64,000 bases of DNA from the NCBI GenBank assembly GCA_964459445.1, contig CAYWMP010000004.1:14469-78468 (forward strand), written 5' to 3'. Origin of the DNA: an uncultured Desulfobacteraceae bacterium. Its GTDB lineage: Bacteria; Desulfobacterota; DSM-4660; Desulfatiglandales; HGW-15. The position numbers were made by a program, and so were the translations under genes. Below the pieces are notes generated by a model, which saw nothing but the letters and a program-made list of their open reading frames with translations, was not told the DNA's origin and did no database searches. This document shows positions 1-10,149 of the stretch, piece after piece; the first letter of the stretch is position 1, and every line of letters begins with the position of its first letter.

Positions 1-2645
1 CTCACGATTTGGCAAAGGCCGGATTTCGCCCAACCCTTATCGAGGCAGATGACAAGCTCGGAGGCCTCCTAAGGCAAGGGATTGCGCCCTATCGTCTCCC
101 GAGGGAGATCATCGAAGAGGAAATCGAACAGATATTGAAGCTGGGGGTCGATGTTAGATTCAATTCGCCGGTGACATCAGCGGAGGACCTGGAAAAGCTC
201 AAGGAGGAGGGTTTCGAGAAAATCCTTTTGGCCACAGGTGCTTCAAAGGACCTCAAAATGAACATTAGGGGAGAAGAGATTCAAGGCATCCATGGGTGTG
301 TTTCATTTCTGAAGAAACTGTGGATTGGAATCGTTCCCGAATCTCTCGGCGAGGTTGCCGTGATTGGGGGCGGCAATGCAGCAATTGAAGCAGCGCGGGC
401 CAGTGTTCGGACAGGGGCCCAATCCGTCACCCTTCTTTATCGCCGCACCAAAAAGGAAATGCCGGCAGACCCCCATGAGGTGGAGCAGGCCATAGAAGAA
501 GGCGTGAAGTTCATGTTTCTCACGACTCCGGTGGCATTCGAGGAAATAGACGATCGATTGGCTCGAATCAGATGCCTAGAAATGGAACTGAAAGAGGTGG
601 ATGCATCCGGACGACCTCGGCCAATTCCAATCTATGGGTCCGATTTTTTAGTCAAGGCGGATACCGCCATTGTTGCCATCGGTCAAAGGGCGCATGATTA
701 CTATGGAATTTTAAAGAATCCAGACCTGGCAACTCCGGGGATCCTGGAGAACGACAGTGAAGAAGAGACCGAAGTCCGCGGCATCTATGCCGCAGGGGAT
801 CTGGTTAAAGGTCCGACGACCGTGGTTGAGGCCATGGCATCCGGACGCAGGGCAGCTGAAAGAATCATGCATGACCTCAAACCCACTGAAAGACCTCATT
901 CAAAAAATACATCTGAGTCACCCTATGATGATTATGACCCGATCCCAAAGACGATTCAACGGCAATCACGACGTTCGATCCCTCATCGAATGATCACAGA
1001 GCGGATAAAGGACAGCCACGAAGTCATAGGTCCCTACTCGGAAGACGTGGCCATCGAAGAGGCCTCAAGATGCCTCCAGTGCGGGGTCTGCAGCGAATGT
1101 CTCAGGTGTGAAACCTCCTGTGAGTTGGACGCCATCTGCCATGATCGGAAAACAACCAAAAGGACCGAACATTTTGATCAGGTTATCCTGGCCGAGGATG
1201 GCCAAGGCATTTTGGAAAAGGAATGTTCTCGCGTCCTGAGGATAGGGGACCTTGCAAAAACAACGTCCTGGGCCAGGGCCATGGTAGCCGGCCGGGCAGT
1301 CGCCCTGGAGGCCCTTTCAGGGACGTCTCCCGCGGTGATGGAGACAATCTCCAAAAAACATTTGGGCGACGATGCACCAAGGATAGGCGTTTTCATCTGC
1401 TCGTGTAATGGGACATTGGATCTGGACGGGCAACTTGACAGGATGATCGCGCCCTTGGGAAAGATTCAAGGGGTGACCCATGCTGAAGTCTTGACATCTG
1501 CCTGTCACCCTGAGAAGGGGCAAATGATCGAAAAAGCCATACAAGAAAAGGGCCTGAATGGTGCCTTGATCGCTTCATGCGCCTGCTGTCATCTCGATTT
1601 TGCCTGCGAATCCTGCAACGACCAACGCATTAGACTGAAGCATCGGCTTTTCGGGGAGTCAGGATTTGAACCACGGGATATAGCCCTGGTCAATATCAAG
1701 GAAACATGCCTGATTCCATTTCAAAGTGAAAAAGAGAGGCTCGGCAGGGCATCCAGTGTGATTCGATCAGGGCTGCATCAATTAAAACACGAAAGGGCAT
1801 GGTCATTGATGGGTAAGACGCCGCCCCCCTGCCCGGCGGCCCTTGTCTTGGGAGCAACAGAGGCCGGGATCGCCACTGCAATGAGCCTTAAAGGGCAATT
1901 TTCTGAAGTGCTCCTTGCGGATGAGAGAAAGATCGATCGCCGACGTCTTCGGTTGCTCCAAGACAGCGGTATTCGCGTGATCGCTTCGGTCAGGCCTGTT
2001 CGGCTTGATGGGCAGCGGGGAAGATTTCATTTGATCGTAGAAAGGGTTAAAAGCTCTAATAGCAAAAGGGCGGAGGCTTTTAGACCACCTGGAGCGAGAA
2101 CGCGCAAAATGCTCCTGTCCATGGATGGCAAGGCCTTTGAGGAAGCCCCTGGCTATGAGAGAATCGAGGCTGGTATCATCCTATTGGGGAGAAAGGAATT
2201 CAAGGACATCCCCTATAAGAGAGATGACTTTGCACAAAGCCTTGCCAATGTTCCCAAAAAGGCCTTTGGTTCCCTTGAGACCGCCATCCCGGGCGTTTAT
2301 ATGGCATCATGGTCGCAAGTCCGGGGCGTCTCTGAAGGGATTCTGGGGAAATCCGCAGCGGCCGAGGCGATTGAAGGGATTTTTGAAAAAATCCATCCAG
2401 GGCATAACCTTGTTGCCCGGGTGGATGCTGAATTTTGCCGCGGCTGTGGCAAGTGCGCAGATATCTGTCCCGAAGGCGCCGCTCACCTTGAGGAGATACC
2501 CCGAGGGACAGCCAGCTCCAGGATAGAGCCCCTACTATGCACAGGATGCGGAAATTGCCTCGCAGAATGCCCGACAGGGTCCATTCTTTTGCCTGAAGCT
2601 GAGCAGGAATACTTCCAAAAGGTGATAAATGCATTCTTGGAATAG
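1..2645 (+). CDS. HdrL-type fusion flavoprotein: GltD-like NAD(P)H/FAD module, HdrA-like Cys-rich module and C-terminal 2x[4Fe-4S]. The 5' end is cut by the window edge.
   Basis: Frame is open from nt 3. Motifs: GGGNAAIEAA dinucleotide fold, AAGD..GPTTVVEAMASGRRAA (GltD type), CLQCGVCSECLRC, GVFICSCNG (HdrA type), CRGCGKCADICP and CTGCGNCLAECP. Confidence 0.7.
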   Translation, partial: HDLAKAGFRPTLIEADDKLGGLLRQGIAPYRLPREIIEEEIEQILKLGVDVRFNSPVTSAEDLEKLKEEGFEKILLATGASKDLKMNIRGEEIQGIHGCVSFLKKLWIGIVPESLGEVAVIGGGNAAIEAARASVRTGAQSVTLLYRRTKKEMPADPHEVEQAIEEGVKFMFLTTPVAFEEIDDRLARIRCLEMELKEVDASGRPRPIPIYGSDFLVKADTAIVAIGQRAHDYYGILKNPDLATPGILENDSEEETEVRGIYAAGDLVKGPTTVVEAMASGRRAAERIMHDLKPTERPHSKNTSESPYDDYDPIPKTIQRQSRRSIPHRMITERIKDSHEVIGPYSEDVAIEEASRCLQCGVCSECLRCETSCELDAICHDRKTTKRTEHFDQVILAEDGQGILEKECSRVLRIGDLAKTTSWARAMVAGRAVALEALSGTSPAVMETISKKHLGDDAPRIGVFICSCNGTLDLDGQLDRMIAPLGKIQGVTHAEVLTSACHPEKGQMIEKAIQEKGLNGALIASCACCHLDFACESCNDQRIRLKHRLFGESGFEPRDIALVNIKETCLIPFQSEKERLGRASSVIRSGLHQLKHERAWSLMGKTPPPCPAALVLGATEAGIATAMSLKGQFSEVLLADERKIDRRRLRLLQDSGIRVIASVRPVRLDGQRGRFHLIVERVKSSNSKRAEAFRPPGARTRKMLLSMDGKAFEEAPGYERIEAGIILLGRKEFKDIPYKRDDFAQSLANVPKKAFGSLETAIPGVYMASWSQVRGVSEGILGKSAAAEAIEGIFEKIHPGHNLVARVDAEFCRGCGKCADICPEGAAHLEEIPRGTASSRIEPLLCTGCGNCLAECPTGSILLPEAEQEYFQKVINAFLE

Positions 2646-3048
2646 CAGGAGGTCCATCGTAGCCTTTCTTTGCAATTGGGCACCCTATCGGTGTTACATG
2701 GATTTGTGTCAATCCGAGGCGTCGCTTCCCTATACTGTTTATCCAATCAGAGTGATGTGTGCGGGCCGCGTGGATCTTCCCATGGTGCTCTATGCCTTTG
2801 AAAAGGGTGCAGAGGGAGTCATGGTGATAGGATGCCAAGACAAGGCATGTCAATATGGACACGGTCCCCATCAGGCCGCGAAAAATGAAGAGTCTACCCG
2901 GGGTCTCATGGATATCTTGGGCCTGGAATCCGTACGATTCGCAAGGGCAACCTATTCCTTTGACGACCGAGAAGGATTTTTGGAGGACATAGAGGCATTT
3001 ACAGAAAGAGTATACAGATTGCCGAGATCACCCTTTAACAACAAATGA
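2629..3048 (+). CDS. mvhD: MvhD/FlpD-like hydrogenase iron-sulfur delta subunit domain protein
   Basis: IVAFLCNWAPY..IRVMCAGRVD..GAEGVMVIGCQDKACQYGHG is the MvhD signature. Overlaps the upstream gene by 17 nt. Confidence 0.8.
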   Translation: MHSWNSRRSIVAFLCNWAPYRCYMDLCQSEASLPYTVYPIRVMCAGRVDLPMVLYAFEKGAEGVMVIGCQDKACQYGHGPHQAAKNEESTRGLMDILGLESVRFARATYSFDDREGFLEDIEAFTERVYRLPRSPFNNK

Positions 3049-3437
3049 GCATACAAATTTAGCTTTTTTAAGCTGGGCGAGAGCTCAGCAATCTCTTTAC
3101 AGGGACGAAAGGTCTTTGAAGCAGTGCAGAAGGCGTTGCAAGCCAGCGGGCGGGGTGATGACTTTAAGGGAATCTGAGATCATCTTCCGGCACACTGTTG
3201 AGATAGTTCACCGCCCGCCATACTAAAGCAATGTGCAGATGACTACTCACTGAATCAAGTTTGTCCCTTCCAAGAGATCCCCAAGCTCTCGCTCTCAGAG
3301 ACATACTTTCAAAAGGCTAAAGTATAATAAATGAGCCAAGGACTGATTTATCCCGCGCATTCATCGACAGATTGGAATCCGTTGGTTATGTCCAACAAGG
3401 GCCATTCCAAAAACTGAAATGTTCCTGAGGATCTCAT

Positions 3438-4574
3438 TTGGAAAAAAGCGACACATTAGATCGACTCATTGAAGAGTCCCGTGTCTTCCATTGCGTGGAT
3501 TGCGGGAAGTGCACAGGAGCGTGCCCCCTAGCCCAGGTCGACAGGGATTTTTCCCCAAGGCTTATTGCTCGACACGTTATTGAAGAAGGGCTTGGGTCCG
3601 AATATATTCGAGAAAGGGTCTGGTCCTGTCTCACATGCGGCCTTTGTGATGAAAGGTGTCTTCAGGGGATTCCTTTCACGCATTTCATACGGAACCTACG
3701 CCTGCTTTTAAAAGAGTATGAAGAGGCCGGGCATCTCAGTCATGGCGGCTGCTTGCAAGGATTGATGCGCATGCAAACGGCCCTTAGCTTGAATCAGAGT
3801 CGTCTGGACTGGATCTCTCCTGATCTGAAGATATCCTCTCAGGGCGAAATTCTCTATTTTGTGGGTTGCCTCTCATTTTTCAATCGGTTTTTCCCCGAGA
3901 TGGATTTGGACCTGTTGAGGATTGCCGTCGACACGGTAAGAATTCTTAACGGGCTGGGCATTGAACCGGTTGTCCTGCCAAATGAGCGGTGTTGCGGTCA
4001 TGACCTCATTTGGACCGGGGATGAGTTGAACTTTCAAAGGCTTCGACGCATCAATATGGAGTCCTTCAAAAAGGCGGGAGCCAAGACGATCATCACGGCC
4101 TGCGGGGAGTGCAGTTATGTCTTGGGACATCTCTATCCGCAGGCCTCGGATGCCTTTCCCTTTGAGGTGATGCACCTGAGCGAATTCCTCAGACAAAGGG
4201 GTTTTAATGGGCAGAAAAGTCTGGGCAAGACCGTGACCTATCAGGATCCCTGCCGGTTGGGACGTTTTCAGGGCATTTATGAGGCGCCCAGAGAACTCCT
4301 CGGGTCGATTGCGCAGGTTCGCGAGATGCCCCACTTTGGTCCTGGGGCTTGGTGTTGCGGGAACTCCTCCTGGCTTCACTGCGATCGGTTCAGCAAGCAG
4401 ATGCAAGTTGAACGTCTCATGGAGGCCAAAGGCACCAAGAGCGATCTGGTCGTGACGGCCTGTCCCAAGTGCCAGATTCATCTAACCTGCGCCATGAGCG
4501 ATGTAAACCGATTGCAGGACCTTCACATTGATATTCAGGATATGGCCACCGTCTTGGCCGAAACAATGGCATGA
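3438..4574 (+). CDS. hdrD: HdrD-like heterodisulfide reductase (2x[4Fe-4S] plus two CCG domains)
   Basis: CVDCGKCTGACP and CLTCGLCDERC ferredoxin motifs, then CCG motifs RCCGHD and WCCGNS. TTG start is uncertain. Confidence 0.75.
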   Translation: MEKSDTLDRLIEESRVFHCVDCGKCTGACPLAQVDRDFSPRLIARHVIEEGLGSEYIRERVWSCLTCGLCDERCLQGIPFTHFIRNLRLLLKEYEEAGHLSHGGCLQGLMRMQTALSLNQSRLDWISPDLKISSQGEILYFVGCLSFFNRFFPEMDLDLLRIAVDTVRILNGLGIEPVVLPNERCCGHDLIWTGDELNFQRLRRINMESFKKAGAKTIITACGECSYVLGHLYPQASDAFPFEVMHLSEFLRQRGFNGQKSLGKTVTYQDPCRLGRFQGIYEAPRELLGSIAQVREMPHFGPGAWCCGNSSWLHCDRFSKQMQVERLMEAKGTKSDLVVTACPKCQIHLTCAMSDVNRLQDLHIDIQDMATVLAETMA

Positions 4575-4643
4575 ACTGTTACCATAAACTCCGATTTTTT
4601 TGTATAGATCTCAGGACCAAAGATATTACAAGGAGGGCCTTTC

Positions 4644-7112
4644 ATGACCCATTTGAAGACCGTGAGTACATCGGAGGAGGAAATCCGAATAGGGGTCTAC
4701 GTTTGCGAATGTGGGTTGAACATCGCTAATGCCGTGGACTGCGAGGCCACTGCCCAATGGGCGAATGATCTCGAGGGCGTGGTCGTCTCGCGGCACTATT
4801 CCTATATGTGCTCCGATCCCGGTCAACAGCTTGTGAAACAGGATATCGGTGATAATAGGCTAAACCGAATTGTTGTGGCCTCTTGCTCTCCAAGGCTTCA
4901 TGAACCCACCTTCCGGCAGATGTGCAAGGAGGCCGACCTGAATCCATACCTCCTGGAAATGGCCAACATCCGCGAACAATGCTCATGGGTCCATCCCCAT
5001 CAAAGGATGGAGGCCACGGAAAAGGCCAAAGATCTGGTCAATATGGCTGTAGGCCGTGCAAGGTTGCTGAAATCCCTCAAGGAGCAGGAGGTGCCCGTCA
5101 CACAAAAAAGCCTGGTTATAGGCGGTGGCGTGGCTGGGATTCAAGCTGCTCTCGATCTGGCCGACATTGGTTTTCATGTCTATCTCGTTGAAAAGAAGCC
5201 TTCCATCGGCGGTGTCATGGCTCAACTGGACAAGACCTTTCCGACCATGGATTGTTCCATCTGAATTCTTGGTCCGAAGATGACGGATGTCGGTCGACAT
5301 CCCAACATTGAGCTGATGACCCTGAGCACGATAAAGGACGTAAAGGGATATGTTGGCAACTTCGAAGTGACGGTCCAAAAAAGGGCACGGTTCGTGGGTG
5401 AGGGGGAGTGCACGGCCTGCGGTGATTGTGCGAAGGTCTGCCCGGTATTGAAGCCGGATGAATTCGAATTGGGCCTGGCTTCACGGAAAGCCATATTCAC
5501 GCCCTTCCCACAGGCCGTACCGTCAGCCTATGTATTGAATCCCTCAGAGTGCCTTGGCCAGAATCCTCTAATCTGCGGTAAGTGTAAAGAGGCCTGTGAG
5601 AAGGGTTGCATTGATTACGATATGAAAGACGAGGAGGTGACTTTCAAAGTAGGCACCCTCGTTGTGGCGACGGGAATGACGCCCTATGATCCCACAGCCT
5701 TGGATGAATACGGCTATACCCGTTTTTCGAACGTCTTGACGACCATGGAGTTTGAGCGACTGATCAACGCAGGAGGACCGACAAAAGGGGAGGTGATCCG
5801 CCTCAGCGATCTCAGAGTTCCCAAATCAGTCGCCTTCATCCAATGCGTAGGTTCGAGATCCCCTGGAAACGAAAAGGCAAATCCCTACTGCAGCAATATC
5901 TGCTGTATGAATACGATCAAAGACACCCTTATGCTGAAGGAGCATTATCCGGATATGGAGGTAAAGGTCTTCTATATTGATATCCGGGCCTTCGGCAAGG
6001 GCTTTGAGGACCTTTTCCAACGCTCCAAGGGCAAGGGAGTCAAGTACATCAGGGGACTTCCTGGAGACGTGCAGGCAGATCCCGCTTCTCGCGATCTGCT
6101 CCTTTTCGTGGAGAACACCGCGACCGATCGCCTGGAAAAGCATTCCGCGGAGATGGTTGTGCTCTCCCAGGGGCTGGTGCCCTCGGAAGACATGAACAAG
6201 ATCCAGGAGATGCTGGCTCTGCAAAAGACATCGGATGGTTTCTTTCTCGAGGCCCATCCGAAGTTGCAACCCGTCGATTCCGCTTCAAAGGGCATTTTTT
6301 TCGCGGGCACGGCAGAGTCTCCGAAGGACATAAAAGACGCCGTCACACAGGCCTCCGCAGCAGCCTCCAGAGCGGCCAGAATCATGTCACCCGGCAAGAT
6401 TACGGTCGAGGCGCTTACGAGTCGTGTGGATGAGAGCAAGTGTAATTCCTGCGGCATCTGCGCCAAGGTCTGCCCCTATAACGCCATCACGGTAGATAAA
6501 AAGAACAAAACGCCGGCCGTGGTGATCGAGGCTGCATGTGCCGGGTGCGGCACCTGCGGAGCCGAGTGCCCCCATGATGCCATAGAGATGAATCATTACA
6601 GCGATGCTCAGATTATGGCACAAGTCCAGGCGATATTAGAGGACAATTCGGATGAGAAGGTCGTCTGCTTTGCATGCAATTGGTGCTCCTACGCAGGAGC
6701 TGATTCCGCCGGAATAGCGCGTCTGAGTTATCCCCCCAATGTGCGCCTGATCCGAACCATGTGTTCCGGCAGGGTAGACGAGAAATTCATTTGGAGGGCT
6801 TTCGAGATGGAGGCACCCGTTGTTTTGGTTTCAGGCTGCCATTTTGGAGATTGCCACTATATTGACGCGAACCACTGGACCAAGAGGAGAATCGAAAAAA
6901 TCTGGAGAAGGATGGTTAAATGGGGGCTGAGGAAGGAACGCCTTCAATTGGAGTGGATCAGCGCTTCTGAAGGCGTACGTTTCTCTCAGGTCATGGCCAA
7001 GATGGAAGAGCTTCGAAAAACGGTGACGCGAGAAGAGATAGAAGAAACGAAAAAGGCGCTCCGGGACAACCTCAAGGGCAAAAATAAAAAGGCCGGTCCG
7101 ATGAGCAAGTAA
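4644..7112 (+). CDS. hdrA: Heterodisulfide reductase subunit A with C-terminal MvhD domain. Selenocysteine is encoded by the in-frame TGA at 5262-5264.
   Basis: ORFs 4644-5264 and 5280-7112 are in one frame, joined through TGA: ..[23 protein letters not shown]... Also [22 protein letters not shown], four CxxCxxCxxxCP motifs, and a C-terminal [21 protein letters not shown] MvhD module. Confidence 0.85.
5285..5302 (+). promoter_or_regulatory. Candidate bacterial SECIS apical hairpin for the hdrA UGA
   Basis: 7-bp stem GGATGTC/GACATCC with a GGTC loop, starting 23 nt after TGA 5262-5264. Confidence 0.6.
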
Positions 7113-7122
7113 GCATGGGGTA

Positions 7123-8802
7123 TTGGAAGAGGCAGTGAAAAGAAGATCCTATAAAGACGATTATCTTGGGATGAAACTGGTGCCTTTGAGCAGGACGGAA
7201 GCCCTCTGTTTTGTCAGCACCTATGATAAGCCCTTTCTTCTTAGTAAGGTGGCCGGGATCTTCACGATTCACGACTGCCACATCCTTGAGGCAGATATCC
7301 ATATTAAGGACGGGATAGTCACGGATCTGTACAAAATTCGTATACCCCAGAAATACGAACCTCCCTTTCTAGAGAACATGCTCTTCGAGTCTCTTCAAAA
7401 GGTGTTAAGAGGGGACACTAATATCGAGAAAGAAATTTTTCTGTGGGAGAAACGACGCCAGGTTATACAGGATCAGATTGTCCCGGGATTCAAGAGTGTC
7501 AACTTTGACAAGGGCACTCTCACTGTGAACACATCAAACAAAATAGGTCTTCTCCACAAGATCTCTTGGGCTTTGTCTCTGACCGGAATGAATATTGAGA
7601 AAGCCATCATATCCGCCACAGAGGATACGAAGGCTGAAAATGTTTTCTGGATCACTCAACGTTATGGGGAAAGCATTACACCCCAATATCAGAAGGAGGT
7701 CCTCGATCTATTAAGGGTCATTGTTAATGAGGGGAAAAACCTCATAGAGCAGGCTTTCAGGAAAGAGATCAACATGATCTATCGGCAGCAGCTTAGAAGG
7801 AAAGGCAGTGGCTTCAGGACGGCGCAGTTGTATGCGGATGTTCACCTGCGGCTGATGGAAGGGCTTTTTGAGCGGATCAAAGTACAATTGGACATCGAAG
7901 ACGCCCCGATTATCATTGGCGTCTATGGCGGCATCGGTAGCGGCGCCATCGGATTTACAAGCGATATCGATTGCGTCTTTCTCTATGATGGGGAGAAGAA
8001 GGAGGCCTACGATAAGCTAAAGGAAATTTTCAAGAAGGAATTCGAGCGGATCAGTGATCTGGAAGTGGACGAGTCTTTCCTCCCCTATCACATAAACTAT
8101 TTCTATTTGGGCAACTACGATGGGGAAAGTATCGTTTCTTTCAAGGATTTCTTTGATTATATCCATTACATCGATGAGATGCGAAGTCAGTCTGAAAACC
8201 GGCTATTCGAGCCCCAATTTTTCCATTTCCCTTGGGCCTTTTCCATCCGTTTTATCGGGGGTCGAAAAATATTAGAGGGTTTTAAAAACCAGATGCGGAG
8301 GCGGCTTCCAAGGGACGGAAAGATGGGATATCCCAGTGTGCGTGCCTATCTCCTGGGAGAGAAAAGAACGGCTATCAAGAAAAACTACAAATCTTACCTC
8401 AAAGGAAAGTACTTTCCCAAAGAACTGGCTTTTTTTGAATCCAAAGGACTCAAAAAGCTATACCGGACACGCGAATATGAAGCTTTTATCGAGTCGATAC
8501 GCCCCTACGAGGCTATCAAGTACGTATTCCGAAGAGGGGTCTTTCCTCTTCTACATATTCTCCACAGCAAGGGCCAAAGGACCGATATGGGTTTGTTGAG
8601 GAAGGAATATCGCCAGATTCGTTCTGCAATCGACTATATGCTGAAGGCCTTTAATGTCCGAAAGACTCTGTTCATCATGGGGCGATGGGACCTGAAGTAC
8701 TTTCTTTACATCATGAATTCAAAAAATGAGCCGGAATTTTGTGAGACCTATCTAAAATACCAGCAAGATATCATTCATTTCGTCAAGACCTTGAGGCGTT
8801 GA
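7123..8802 (+). CDS. ACT-ACT-nucleotidyltransferase protein (GlnD/GlnE-like NTase, permuted domain order)
   Basis: Two ACT-like segments (FVSTYDKPFLLSKVAGIF.., TVNTSNKIGLLHKISWAL..), then GVYGGIGSGAIGFTSDIDCVFLYDG (GlnD-type NTase G-S..D-x-D). Start is uncertain (TTG 7123 or ATG 7171). Confidence 0.55.
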   Translation: MEEAVKRRSYKDDYLGMKLVPLSRTEALCFVSTYDKPFLLSKVAGIFTIHDCHILEADIHIKDGIVTDLYKIRIPQKYEPPFLENMLFESLQKVLRGDTNIEKEIFLWEKRRQVIQDQIVPGFKSVNFDKGTLTVNTSNKIGLLHKISWALSLTGMNIEKAIISATEDTKAENVFWITQRYGESITPQYQKEVLDLLRVIVNEGKNLIEQAFRKEINMIYRQQLRRKGSGFRTAQLYADVHLRLMEGLFERIKVQLDIEDAPIIIGVYGGIGSGAIGFTSDIDCVFLYDGEKKEAYDKLKEIFKKEFERISDLEVDESFLPYHINYFYLGNYDGESIVSFKDFFDYIHYIDEMRSQSENRLFEPQFFHFPWAFSIRFIGGRKILEGFKNQMRRRLPRDGKMGYPSVRAYLLGEKRTAIKKNYKSYLKGKYFPKELAFFESKGLKKLYRTREYEAFIESIRPYEAIKYVFRRGVFPLLHILHSKGQRTDMGLLRKEYRQIRSAIDYMLKAFNVRKTLFIMGRWDLKYFLYIMNSKNEPEFCETYLKYQQDIIHFVKTLRR

Positions 8803-9337
8803 TTTTTTCGGCAAGTTGTAGCCCTAAGTCCATAGCCTTTCTGTTCATGTCTAGAAATCCGGGGGGGATCCTGGATTCAAGAACTTTTAGGATGGATTCC
8901 TCTTTGATCAGCTGGGTTAAACCAATCAGAGTTCCTAGAACACAGATATTGAATACAATGGATTTGCCGATATTGTCCATGATCGCCTTATACATCCCCA
9001 GGGACTCTTGACGAGCATCTATTTTTGGTTCCAGTTTGACAAAATGGCTGTCGGTAATCAAGAGACCGCCCGGACGAATCGTGCTCGAAAACTTGTTGTA
9101 GGCCTTCTGGGTCAGACAAATCAAAACATTGGGTTGGTTTACCTTCGGAAAACGAATTTCTTTGTCCGAGATAATCACATCGGACCTAGTTGCTCCCCCT
9201 CGAGCTTCCGGCCCGTAGGATTGTGACTGAACTGCATTCAGACCTTCGTGAAGCACGGCAGCCTCTGCGAGTATTATGGCGGCGGTGATAACGCCCTGAC
9301 CGCCTGAACCGGAAAAAATTAATCGACATCGTTCCAT
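8783..9337 (-). CDS. 2-oxoacid:ferredoxin oxidoreductase gamma subunit
   Basis: FSGSGGQGVITAA..YGPEARGGATRSDVIISD. Confidence 0.85.
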   Translation of the reverse strand: MERCRLIFSGSGGQGVITAAIILAEAAVLHEGLNAVQSQSYGPEARGGATRSDVIISDKEIRFPKVNQPNVLICLTQKAYNKFSSTIRPGGLLITDSHFVKLEPKIDARQESLGMYKAIMDNIGKSIVFNICVLGTLIGLTQLIKEESILKVLESRIPPGFLDMNRKAMDLGLQLAEKINASRS

Positions 9338-9342
9338 CGTAT

Positions 9343-10146
9343 CTATTTCCCTTCTTGAGCCCTTTCCACGACCTTTTCATATTCGGAACAATACTCGGGT
9401 CTTTCCTGCTCAACGAATATGCCCCTCTCGATGAAATCGGGATGCGCCTCCTTCTTTTTTGAGCCGACGGGCGCGGTATGGGTCTTATAATGGTTCAACA
9501 TGTCAATGGAATCGCCCACCTTATTCTTTCTTCCGAAATAGGTGGGGCATTGGGAAAGAATCTCAACCACCGAGAAGCCCTTGTGTTGAATGGCCTTCTT
9601 GAGGATCTTTTGCATGGAAGTCACGTGATAGGCCGTCGTTCTGGCCACGAAGGATGCCCCCGCTCCTTTGGCCAATTCCACAATGTCGAAGGCTTCATAG
9701 ATGTTGCCATAGGGTGCCGTTGTCGCCATGGCGCCGTACCCCGACAAGGGGGAAAACTGCCCGCCGGTCATGCCGTAGATGTTGTTGTTCATCACGATAG
9801 CCGTGATATCAATGTTACGGCGGGCTGCATGGATGAAATGGTTGCCCCCAATGGCGAGGGCATCCCCGTCGCCCATGGGAACGAGAACTGTTAGATCAGG
9901 GCGGGATAATTTGACTCCTGTAGCAAAGGCGAGGGCTCTGCCGTGAAGGGTGTGCAAGGTATGGAAATCCATGTAGCCGGAAATTCTGGATGAGCAACCG
10001 ATCCCTGTGGCCATGACGATGTCATTTTTTTTCAGTCCCATATCTTCAAGTGCACGAATCAGGTTGTTCATCACGATGCCGTGACCACATCCGGGGCACC
10101 ATATATGCGGCATGAATCTCTCACGTAAATAGTCTCTTACTGCCAT
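9343..10146 (-). CDS. 2-oxoacid:ferredoxin oxidoreductase beta subunit (TPP-binding)
   Basis: WCPGCGHG, GIGCSSR and GDGDALAIGGNHFIHAARRN motifs. Confidence 0.9.
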   Translation of the reverse strand: MAVRDYLRERFMPHIWCPGCGHGIVMNNLIRALEDMGLKKNDIVMATGIGCSSRISGYMDFHTLHTLHGRALAFATGVKLSRPDLTVLVPMGDGDALAIGGNHFIHAARRNIDITAIVMNNNIYGMTGGQFSPLSGYGAMATTAPYGNIYEAFDIVELAKGAGASFVARTTAYHVTSMQKILKKAIQHKGFSVVEILSQCPTYFGRKNKVGDSIDMLNHYKTHTAPVGSKKKEAHPDFIERGIFVEQERPEYCSEYEKVVERAQEGK

Positions 10147-10149
10147 GGT

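Noticed and set aside
2200-2871. 223-aa minus-strand ORF. Other long antisense ORFs are similar: 3873-4481, 25989-26531, 34990-35487, 38802-39368, 56470-57012 and 60323-60970.
   Set aside because: Each lies fully antisense to a gene with clear family motifs. Their translations are Arg/Ser/Pro/Gly-rich with no recognisable domains. This is typical of shadow ORFs in moderately GC-rich coding DNA.
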